Shown piece after piece: positions 39,001-51,000 of a stretch of DNA of 64,000 bases (positions within the stretch are counted from its first letter, which is position 1; the number at the start of each line of letters is the position of its first letter). Source of the stretch: Ylistrum balloti (taxonomy: Eukaryota); assembly GCF_031769215.1 (NCBI RefSeq), contig NW_026782194.1, positions 248,001-312,000 of the forward strand, written 5' to 3'. The notes beneath the pieces were generated by a model, which was given only the letters and a program-made list of their open reading frames with translations, made no database searches and was not told the origin of the DNA. Position numbers and translations under genes: made by a program.

Positions 39001-42000
39001 CTATGTTAACATCATTGTTCTACAGGCTTTTTTCTTGTTTAAAACTTTTACTGTTGTAGAAGATCATATTGTAATCTTATAGGGTCAAAGGTCATCTCAG
39101 AAAAAGTTTCATGGCGATTGCCTGCAGTCCGTTGAAAACAATTGACATTTTCTACTTATTCTGGAAAACCCTTGATCCATTTTCTGGAAAACCCTTGATC
39201 CATTTTCAATGAAATTTTGCTTAACCCTTCCATGGCGAATGGTGAATGAAAATGGTGAACTTTAAGGTCCCAATCCACCAGAAGCCTCAGGGGCAGAGCA
39301 AAAGGGATCAAATTGACTCCAAGTTCTTCTCAACATTAATATATGGTGGAATCAAATACTCTTTATTTTAATTCAGATGGAGTTAGAATCCTTATCATGG
39401 TAGTTAATGTTATGCACTGAACATATTTGCATTAGGTGTACAGCGTAGGCAATGTTGTCTTACTTTGTCAACAGACCTACGTTTGTGAACAACAACATGA
39501 TTTAAAGAACTCAGGTGACCATTGAGACACTTGGGTCACTCACCACTACTTCCATTCTAAGAGTTTAAGAGACATCAGTCATGTCTTATCATAAATTTCA
39601 AATTAGTTAAATGATTATCACCTATAAATATGCTGTATTTTTCATGTTGAGTGAAAATTTATGTTGAGTCATTTGGATAACAAAACAGTTTTATTCATTT
39701 TCAGATCTGAGACCAATTAAAGTCTGTATTGAGTTTGCCGTGGAACAGCCAAAGGGTGGAGTACACTTTGTGATACCAGATACTGAGGGCACACTGTCGG
39801 AGAAGGCTGCACACATGTTCACATACAGACATGAAAATTCCTCAAGGTCAGAGCTTACAAATTTCTTATGTGAAAAACCCCCTCGTACATTAAATTTTGG
39901 GACTGATTCTGAGCTTAAAATTCATTTTGTATATTATCAGATATCTGATATTTGGTCTGTTCAGTTCATATATTTCAGACATCTGATATCGGGTCTGTTT
40001 AGTTCATATATATTTCAGACATCTGATATTGGGTCTGTTTAGTTCATACATATTTCGGACATCTGATATTGGGCCTGTTTAGTTAGGGCCCCGCATCGCG
40101 ATGCGGGTGCCCTATAGTAATCACCTTGTCCGTCTGTCCGTCTGTCTGTCCGTCCGTCTGTCTGTCCGTCTGTCTGTCCGTTTTGCTTTCCGCACGATAT
40201 CTTGAGAAGGAATGATGAGATTTCAATGAAACTTGCTTATGATACTTGGTACATAAGTCCCTCGCTCAAGTTCGATGTTCGCCAAATTCCGCGCATATTT
40301 AATGAGGCTGCTGCAATCTGATTGGCTGAATGTTTTACATGTCTGTCGGTTTCGCTTTCCGCGCGATATCTTGAGAAGGAATGATGGGATTTCGATGAAA
40401 CTTGCTTATGATACTTGGTACATAAGTCCCTTGCTCAAGTTCGATGTTCGCCAAATTCCATATTTAATGAGGCTGCTGCAATATATATGTTTTACATGTC
40501 TGTCAGTTTCGCTTTCCACGCGATATCTTGAGAAGGAATGATGGGATTTCGATGAAACTTGCTTATGATACTTGGTACATAAGTCCCTCGCTCAAGTTCG
40601 ATGTTTGCCGAATTCCGCGCATATTTAATGAGGCTGCTGCAATCTGATTGGCTGAATGTTTTACAGAGAATATCTTCTGAAGGAATGATCTGGGATTTCT
40701 TTAAAACTTGCTTCGTGATACTTGGTACATAAGCCCCTCATTCGAGTTCAATGTTCACCCTGTCCGTCTGTCTGTCCGTCCGTTTCCCTGTCCGTCGATC
40801 CATATATTTGTCCATCTGTCCATTTTCATTGGATTTTGATGAAAGTTGCTTTCAATACTTGACACCTGTTCATATATTTCTTAATATTAAGAAACTCAAT
40901 CATAAGGGGTAGGTATTATGCGGGGCCCTTCCTCGACAATGGTCTAGTTCATATATATTTCGGACATCTGATATTGGGCCTGTTTAGTTCATATATATTT
41001 CGGACATCTGATATTGGGTCTGTCGGTCAGACATAAGTGGTTTTGCTGACATAGGCATTTTTTTAAAAAGTGGCTTGAGATGCTACCTATCCATAGAATT
41101 AGGATGTAACTTTAAAAAACTAGAGCCCAAGTAATGATGCCAATTACTTTCTCACATTTTAATTTTTAGTTCATCTGAGACAGCCTCATAGTGACCTATG
41201 ACGTCTTGTCTAGCGTTGTGCATTTTTTAACATTTTTACTACTATAGCCGTGATATTATAGCTTCATTTCCATCATAGTGGGAGCGGAGACATATTGTTT
41301 TTTTCTCATTACTGTTATATAAAAGAAGCTGATATCAATTTTCTGATAGGCTATGGTTCCCCTGTATTGACACATACTCCGAGCCATGTACATGGAAGAT
41401 TGAGATTACCTGTGACCTGAGTATGACCGCGGTCAGCTGTGGAGAACTTATCGAGACAGTCTACACTTCAGACAGAAGGAATAAAACCTTCCACTACTTT
41501 CTGTCAATGCCAACTGCTGCACCAAACATTGCAATGGCTGTGGGGTAAGAATCTAGCAGATTATCAGTGGTGAATTAATGGTTAAAAAATCTGGATACAG
41601 AAAAATATTTGTTGAAGGATGATGTTATCTATTCTAGTACCATACATGTATGATATGAACTGAACCATAGGAATGTATTAAGAGAACAAAAGTTTCATTT
41701 TCATATTTCATAATATATCAATTTTTTTACTGTGACATAACATTAACCTGTTAGTGTTGGGAAAAAATGTTTTGTCTATCGTTATCTCTGTATAAAACAT
41801 TTCTGAAATCTTTATGTGTATGTAAAACATTTCTGAAATCTTTAAGTCAAAAAAATTCTGAAATCTTTATCTGTATGTAAAACATCCCTTACTTTTTTCA
41901 CTAAATCATTATACTGCAGTGACGTTCCCCTGATATTGAGCATTATACTGCTGTCAAATTACATTGGTAGTAAATTTGATGTGTCACCAAAAAGATTTCA

Positions 42001-45000
42001 GTGCTTAAAATGATTAGTATTTTCAAAAATTATTTGCTGTTCAAATCAAGTTTATATCCATGTTCATACATTTGCTCAGTGAGTTATCATTACGGTATCT
42101 ATAACGATAATTACAAAAACAATTTTTCCTCTGATTTTTATGAATGAGGTGATTGGTAAGTGGACTTGGTAGGATTAAACAATATCCTTTGGCAGTTTTC
42201 TCTTTAAGGTGAACTTTGAAATTATTTATTTTGTAGACCATTTGAAGTACTAGTTGACCCCAACATGCATGAGGTCACCCACTTCTGCTTACCTCATCTC
42301 ACGGATCTCCTCAAACATACCACCAGTTATATCCATGAGGTAGGCTGACTCCATGTTTACATGGTGTGAGAAATTGTTTAAAACGGAACTTATAGATGTT
42401 GTATCTATATCAAATTTCAAACTGTCAGTGAAAATATTTTGTGAAAAGTTTTTAAATAGCTTGTCCCATCAACCTTTCAAAATATCACAACAGAGGCAGA
42501 CAAGATTTCTTTTTATCTGTATTTTCTAAAAATGGTTTAACCCAAAGTTTTCAATTATTGCATATATTTGTGCAAGAGATATTTTTGTATAAATTGTAAA
42601 GCATCTGATTTGTCTGACTTCATCCTCCATAATTAGTATACTTTTGAAATTGTGTGACTTGTGGAACTTCTCAAACTCCACCACTGGTATATACATCAAA
42701 CTTGGCTGGAATGATCTTAGAAGGATCCTGATCTATGTAGTTATCTCCCTTATGATGTCAGTTCTTATCATAATAGAAATTAACTCATTCACAACTGACT
42801 TTGTTTTATTAGGTTTTTAATTTCTGTAACCTGGAGAAAAAATGTGCTTGTAATTATTTTGATGAATCTACATTGAACCCTCCATAATTATCTTGATGAA
42901 TTTGTACTTTGTACAGGCGTTTGAATTTTATGAAGAGCTGTTGTCTAGTAGAAACCCCTACTCCTGTTACAAACAGGTGTTTGTAGATGAAAGCTACCAA
43001 GACTCCATGCCATATGCCACCATGACCATATTCAGGTAAAAATTAAAGAGGATATCACAGTTTTTATCAAAATAGTGTATTGAATATAGGACTTGTTATA
43101 CTCTTGTGACAAAGTTGTTGGAAGGTATATAAGGATCATACGTATGCTTGTAATGTCTGCAATATAACTATAGATTTTAAAGTTGATGTTGTGATTTCAT
43201 CATAATCAAAGTAAACTTGACAAACCACTGTCCTTACTTTCATGTGTCAGAAGGGTTTCAAGAGTCACGTTCATCCGCTCTCTTTTGTCACAGAAGAATT
43301 TTTAAGATACTAATGCATCATGTCTTGGTGTTGGAAAGAAATTATGTGATGTGATCAACCATAGGAACAGAGGATGCATATATGTAATTGAGTATTTTAG
43401 AAAAGTGTACTAACACACTAATCAGTTAATGTTTACAAAACTGTTTAGCACCAACCTCCTCCATTCACCACGGATCATCGACCAGACATTGGAAACACGT
43501 CGTATACTGGCTGCTGCTGTAGCAGAACAGTTCTTTGGCTGCTTCATCACAATGCAATCTTGGTACGTTACACTTTCCACTGAGATGTAGATTCATAATT
43601 TAAACTTGAATAACAGCTTTGTCAACAAACATGGCATTTACAGTGGTTATTTGAAAAAATGTTTACATTTTTACATAAAGTTTTCCTTTGTTAATTTGAT
43701 GAATTTAAATTTTGGAATTAAACTGTAAGATGGTGGTGATGATTCTAACTTCTTTGTATTGTTAGATTCTGTAAACGTACATATTTCAGTGGTGATTTTA
43801 TTTCATTGTTTTAGTTCTTTTCATGCTGAAAATATTATTCTAATTCCATTTTCTTTTTGCTGTTTATATGGAAATTATTGTGGATGCATGAATTGATCAT
43901 TTCACCAATTTAAATATATTTACAATAATGTTGATTGCAACCTTTTGACAGTTCTGACATGTGGATAACAAGGGGCACGGCAGGCTACCTCACAAGTCTG
44001 TTTGTGAAGAAAACCTTCGGAAACAATGAGTACAGGTACATAATAAACAGGGTAAGTAAATACAGTAGTTTTTGGATGGAGTTATTTTGCAAAATGGAAC
44101 ATTTCATGAATTTACGTTAATGTATCTTTGATATTTAAAAAGAACTCATTTCAAATGTGACATCGATTTAATATTTATACACCCATTTTGTTTTTGATTT
44201 TAGGACCTAAAGGAGGTACAAGAGTATGAGAACCGTGTGGGTGGAATACTGTTGGATCCTTCCTTAAAAGACTGTAACCACCATTTCTCCATACGTAATC
44301 CCCACACGCTATCACCCAAGTATATAGAGGTCTTTTCAAAGAAGGCCTACCTTGTCATGCGCATGCTTGAAATCAGAATTGGAGCTCAGCTTCTTATACA
44401 GGTAGGTTGTAGGTTAGTGAGTGGTTCTATTGAGGGTAAGGACACAGCCATTATATGGGTGAAACAAGAGTACAGACAGGTTGCTTATACATACAAGATA
44501 GGAAATGAAGACACAGCCATCATATGAGTGAAACATGCGTGCAGGTTAATGATACATATGAGGTAGAGTTGTTGACACAGCCATTACATTGGTGAAACAA
44601 ATACGTACAAGGTAGTGACTGTTGACTCATCCATATGGGTGAAACATGCATACAGGTTAATTACACATAAAAGATAGGAAATGAGGACACAGAATTTATA
44701 TTTTAAAACAATGAATTTGTACTGAAAGCTGCTGAACTTTGTTATAAGATTAACAATGTCCTTTCCTTTTAGGTTTTCAACAAGGTATTGTCATTAGCAT
44801 ACTCTGCCTCTCAACAGAAGTTCATTGCCAACACCTGGAACAATATGTGTGTGTCTACACACTCAGTAAGTAGTACAGTTGTCATTCAGTATTTACAGCC
44901 GTAAACAATCAACAGTGTATAGTTTATCATGGAAAGTATTAAATTTGATGAAACAGTCTATACCGATCGTCTGCAGTGATGCTGTATACTGTAATTCTAA

Positions 45001-48000
45001 TGGAAATATGTGCGTAGTGCCTTAGTTAGCTGAGTGTGTTATTGCAATTCACTCTTCATATTAATTGCCCTATAATCTTTTTATAATGCCCATCTTACTT
45101 ATTTGGAAGCAATAGGTATTAGGTTTTAATTCTAGTTCAAACCTGAGAAAAATCATTCAAACATTTCAACAATTTATAAATATAAGTACCTTTTATTTTT
45201 CATAATCAAGAAATTTGAATTTGCAGTCAACTTTCCTATTTATATATGTCATACATGTATATTACATATATTAGATAATATATAGAACATAATATTTTAT
45301 GTTTGCCAGTATGTTTAACATAGCATTATTTTTTATTGACAGTGTCTGAAGCTGATCTCCACTGTGACAGGGAAAGACATTCAACCCTTCCTAGATCTCT
45401 GGGTGTATCCTTGTTATTTAAGCTTACAGAAAATATATGTCTTTTAAACAATTACTGAAAACCAACTTTCTTTCATACAGGATTTGCTTTCTCAAATTTA
45501 GGATCAAAGTAAAACCACAAAAATTAATCAATTAATTAGAACCAAGATAATGAACATTATTGGGTATTGTAACATATGTTGTTGATGAAGTATGAAAAGT
45601 CGTTTCGGTCTATGAACAGCTCACCTGTTATGTCCAAATTAGCAACTAAATTCAACATTCAACTTGTATAGTGATTTACTTAAAATATGTACTGATAACT
45701 ACAATAATTTTCATAATACCATGGTTTCCTTAACTTATTTTGACAGTACTCAGAGTGGGTGTGCCAGATTCTTTGGGAACTCTGTTTTCAACAGAAAAAG
45801 GAATGTTGTTGAACTAGAACTCAAGCAGGACCTTGGGGCCAAGGGGTCACTGAAATATGTGGTAATGTACAAATATTAGACATCTGGGTCTCACAAATGT
45901 TTGGTACATGTATCCACTATTTACCTGGTAAATAACATTAAGTTGTCAAGGATTACTCTAACAATTTAATTGTTTACTTTTAACATTCTAGGTTTAAATG
46001 TTTGATGGAATACAAGTAATGTAGAATTGCTATGTTATGAATTATAGATATTTAATATGCTTGATGGTGATGATTTTTTTAAAAACATGGTGATTGGTTG
46101 TTGTCAGGGACCTCTGACTGTGACTATACAAGAACTGGATGGATCCTTCAACCATACATTTAAGATTGAAGAAAACAAGACCAAATTTGATATCACATGC
46201 CATTCTAAAAGCAGAAGGTATATATGCTGAGGAGAAACACATGCATGCATGACACCAAGGCTGAATTTTTAATTTAATCACGATTATTATTATTTCCCAA
46301 TATGTAGCTATATGAAGCAGCAATATTAGTGTCCTTCAGTTACAGTGAAATCTGCTTGTTATGATACTCTGTTTTCCAGATAAAAACACAATAGATGATA
46401 TATTATAGTAGATGAGTAAGCTTTTAGATTGTGAGAACAGGAAGCATGACAGTATGATAGGAACCTGATTTCTAAATGAAAACAGAATAAAAAAAAACGT
46501 GTTATGATTAATAAATAGTGGAATCCCTTGAAAAATATAGGTTTACGATGATTCTGGATCTTCACCAAACTTTGAGGGATAAGTGTTGATGCTTTTAGAT
46601 GTTCAAACAACTTTTTTTGTGATTTGACAAGATGGCTGTCATTTTCTGACACCTGATTGGTTAATACTTTTTTACCTGTAACTTTGTTCTATTCGGTGCA
46701 TCACGATTACAATTGGTGGGAAGGATAACTATAGGAAAGTCCCTAGGATTGTGTAATAAATATGCCAGTCACCATAATGGCTGCCAAATAGAGGCTTCTG
46801 GTTGGTTAAAATTTAGACACTATCTGATTTTTATGAAATTTGGTATGGAGGTGAAATATGACATCGAAGCACCATGGTGATGTCAGTTTTCTGACTGGAC
46901 AAAATGGCAGACTAGGGGATTATTTGAAAATTTAATTTTTATAGTTGTACATCAGGGTTTCCTGCCAGTGTCAAGTGTATTGATTGAAATTTTCCAAGGT
47001 GTACACCAGTGTGTTCCACAGACCTTCCTTTCCAGTACTGATGTACTTAGATAAGCATCAATCACAACTGAAGGGGTAGCATTGGGGACTTATGTAACTG
47101 AACTCCTGTTACATTTGTATCAATTAAAATGTAATTGATATTGATCCTGGTAGCTGCATTTTTAATCATCATAGGCACAGTCATATCGGGAACAAGATAA
47201 TTTATAGTTTCACGTTTAGTTCTGTTTCTAAGAACTGAGTGTAACTGAAGGCAGAATAGATTAATGTAATGCACTGTTCAACCAGAACAATGTGTTAATC
47301 ATCAGCATTTTATCAATTATCATGATTTGCTGGATTTGCAAAAATAAACAATGTTACCTGGCACATTGACAAAACCATTTTGCCACATGAAAAGCTGTGC
47401 GATCATGTGACAATTATATATCATGCTACTTAAGCAGTTTTTGACAGAAAATTTCGTAAAATTCTATGTGATAAATCTTTTAACTTGTTTTTCCATAAGT
47501 GTATTGAAGTGAATGAAAATATATACTAAGTGGGTTTTGCTGTACAATGAGACAGTTGATTAAATTGCTTTCAATATAGGATGATTTTCATACAAAAAAT
47601 TGACAAAATCTGATTTCAGAAACAAAAAAAAGAAGATTCCATTAATGACAGCAGAAGAGGTAGATATGGATTTGAGTGCCATGGAGTAAGTATGCTAACT
47701 ATAAACATTGCAAGTCACTGGATATATCTCACGGCTACTAATCATGTAGGCTTTTTCATTTTCATATGTCTTGGTTCATAAGTTTTTGTCTATATTCTCA
47801 TTTAAAGCTATGCTCTCCCCTGAATATATGCTTGAATGTAGAACCATTTAACCAAAACCTGTGTTTTTTACCAGTGTAACCCTACTGTACTATAGGAGGG
47901 GCTGTGGGAGCATGTAGTTTTACCCATGTTCATCCTGTTGTGAATCAACATCATTTCTAAGTGATTTTAAATAAAACTTTCTACAAAAGTCAATAGAGAC

Positions 48001-51000
48001 GATACCTCACTTGAGTCTCTGTTTCAGGTTCCAGGGTAAAGATTACCATTTATTGATATCTATAGAAAACCTCCAACCATTTCATAGCTATTGTGTTGAC
48101 ACTTCAAGCATGGAAGTGTTGGCACTCATGTACCACCATCATTTTCTGATTAATTTGATTGTCACTAAAAGTATCAGATGACTAGGTTGATGACCATTAG
48201 GTGTTTAATTATAACCTGATATTTTGAGAATTAGGGATGGCAACTTCAATACTTGTCAGGTTGACTTCATTGTTTGCAAGTACTTCCAATTATTTGACAT
48301 ACATGTAACTAACGCATTAAGAATTTTTTCTAGAAATTTTATGTATTTCAGATCTAAGGCATTTAAAGGAGGCAAAACTTGGACATCTTGTCAAATTTTT
48401 ATAATTCTTGTTTACGATAAAAATTCCATAACGTTGGAAAAGAGTGACAGGCATATTTTGTGTAAATAGTGATACCATTGTTTTGTAGTGCTGACTCTCC
48501 CGTGTTGTGGTTGAGAATTGACCCAGACATGCACCTACTTAGTCAGGTAACCTGGGAACAGCCAGACTTTATGTGGCAGTACCAGTTGAAGTTTGAGCGA
48601 GATGTGGTCGCACAGAAAGAGGTAAGGAAAGTATCTGTCTTGTCAGAATTCATTTTAGAAGTCGAGTACAGATGTCTCTCACATAAAATGTCTCCTGGAA
48701 GTAAAGCCGGGGCTGTTATGTTAAACCTTAAACATTGGTGCAAGAAAGACTTCCAAGTGTTTTTGTTGCTTTTAAGCACAAGTCTGGTGTATTTCTTTAT
48801 CATTGCTTTAAAAAATGCTGATACTTAAAGAACGTAAAAATGATGCATTAATTCCTTACATTACTTAACAGGAAACTGAAAAACAACAATCTGGATTGGA
48901 AAAAAATAAAAATAAATAAATAAAAAAAAAGATAAAAAAAAAACCTGGATTGAGTTAATGGATTTTATTTTGTATATCTTAGGCTATTGTTGCATTAGAG
49001 AACTACCCAACAGCTGCTACTAGGAAAGCTTTGACAGACACATTAGAGAATGAGCACTGTTTCTACCGGGTTCGCATGGAGGCCTGTCTCTGTCTGTCAA
49101 AGGTGAGTATTCCACACTGGAGAATGAGCACTATTTCTTCTGTGTTCGCAAGGAAGCCTGTCTCTGTCAGATAACATGTGATAATGGAATTAATGTCATT
49201 TGCTACCATTTGAAATGTTAAATAAATGTATAAAGATTGTTTGTCGTCTGAAGTTTTTTGTTATTACAGGTAGCCAATTCAATGGTCAATAACTGGGTGG
49301 GACCTCCTGCGATGATCACTATCTTCCGTAAACTGTTCGGGTCACATTCCTGTCCGAACATCGTCAGACAAAACAACTTTTCCAAGCTACAGCATTACTA
49401 TCTTCTAAAGGTAGGAACTCAATCTGTATTGTAATTAATATTAAATTGAATAATAAAATACTGGCAGCTTATATTAATTTTCTAGTTGTGGCAATTTTCA
49501 AAATTTAGAAAAAAAAGGGCCCAACAATTTTTTGTGATATCTGAAACACCTTGCTCTAAATTCTGTATTTATGTATTTTGTGATATTTTTACCATTGTAG
49601 ACCATCCCTTTTGCCATGGCCCACCTCCGGAGTATCCAAGCCATCTGTCCCCAGGAAGTTCTCCGCTTTATTCTGGAACTTTTCAAATACAACGATAATA
49701 GCAAAAACAAAGTATGTTATTGTTTTTTTTTGACCAGCTTTTCACCAGTCCTTAATATGTATACCTGAACAGGCTTGTACATCAGTCCCTCATAATTAAT
49801 CATTATGTACTGATATTTCAGTCTATTAATATAGTGTAATTGTACAGACTCATAAGTCACTCTAGTAAACATAAACACATATATTATACACAGTATACTC
49901 AGTTAGGAGTGTTTTATTTATATACAATGTTAATTTCCAGGTATACTGTATCGATTCTTTACAATTAAGCATGTCATGATGTCAACAGAAATGTATAGGT
50001 ATATTAATGTGTTGTAGTACTCTGACAACTACTACAGAGCTGCTCTGTTGGATTCTCTAGCAGCCACTCTGACTCCTGCTGTCACTATCATCACTGGTCT
50101 TGGGTAAGTTGTCAATCATTTTACACTAGCTTAAATTCAAATATAGACTGAATGTCAGAGAAAGAGGCTCAATTCTTGGACACTGTGCTGTAGAAAGCCA
50201 ATTTTCTTATGGAAAACATGAAACATCCACTGTAATGATGTTACTAATCCATTTCATTCGCAACAGGTTCGGGATAAGTTGATTTTTATTCGTGTGAAAT
50301 GTCTACCGGTTTCGCCCGAACAGTGGGCTTCTTCAGGACAGAGTATAAACAATTTTTTACCCCTAAGGTACTGAAAATCGGGAGAAAGTTTTCATTGTTA
50401 TTTATGACGTCTTACAATAGACATCACATGATCATAAAGTAACGGTTAAAATTCTATGATATTCCTTCACGGTTACTGTTATCATTTTTAGTTTAATTTT
50501 CGGAATTAACAGTGAAAAAAATTTTTAAAGTTCATATGCGATAGTTTCTAATATGGTGGTACAAGATATAAACATATGTATATTGCATAGTCATTCTTCT
50601 GATCTTAATAGACTAGTCATCATAGACTCGTTCATCTAGGCACACCGTCGACGTAGACTCCGACTGGTAACCTAACCTCCGGTAATCGACCGTAGACGAT
50701 ATGTTAGAGTTTGACGCTGTATCATCACTATCAGATAATTCCAAGTCTTTCTTTAGTTCTTCTAGTGCTAAATCCAAAACCGGTCGATAGTTTTTATGGG
50801 CTGGTCCGACTGTGTCGTATGGGCCCTCCGCTGGTTTCAATCTGAATTTCACTTGTTGTAGTTGTTTCTTTGTCAGCACCTCGAACGGGCTCTTATCCTC
50901 CGGTTTAGTTGCGTTCATTCTGGTGTCATCCTGGAAAATTTCAGGTTCCACTTGGTATCCTGGGTGTTTTTTCTTTAAATGTTCTTTGTACGCCCCTTTC

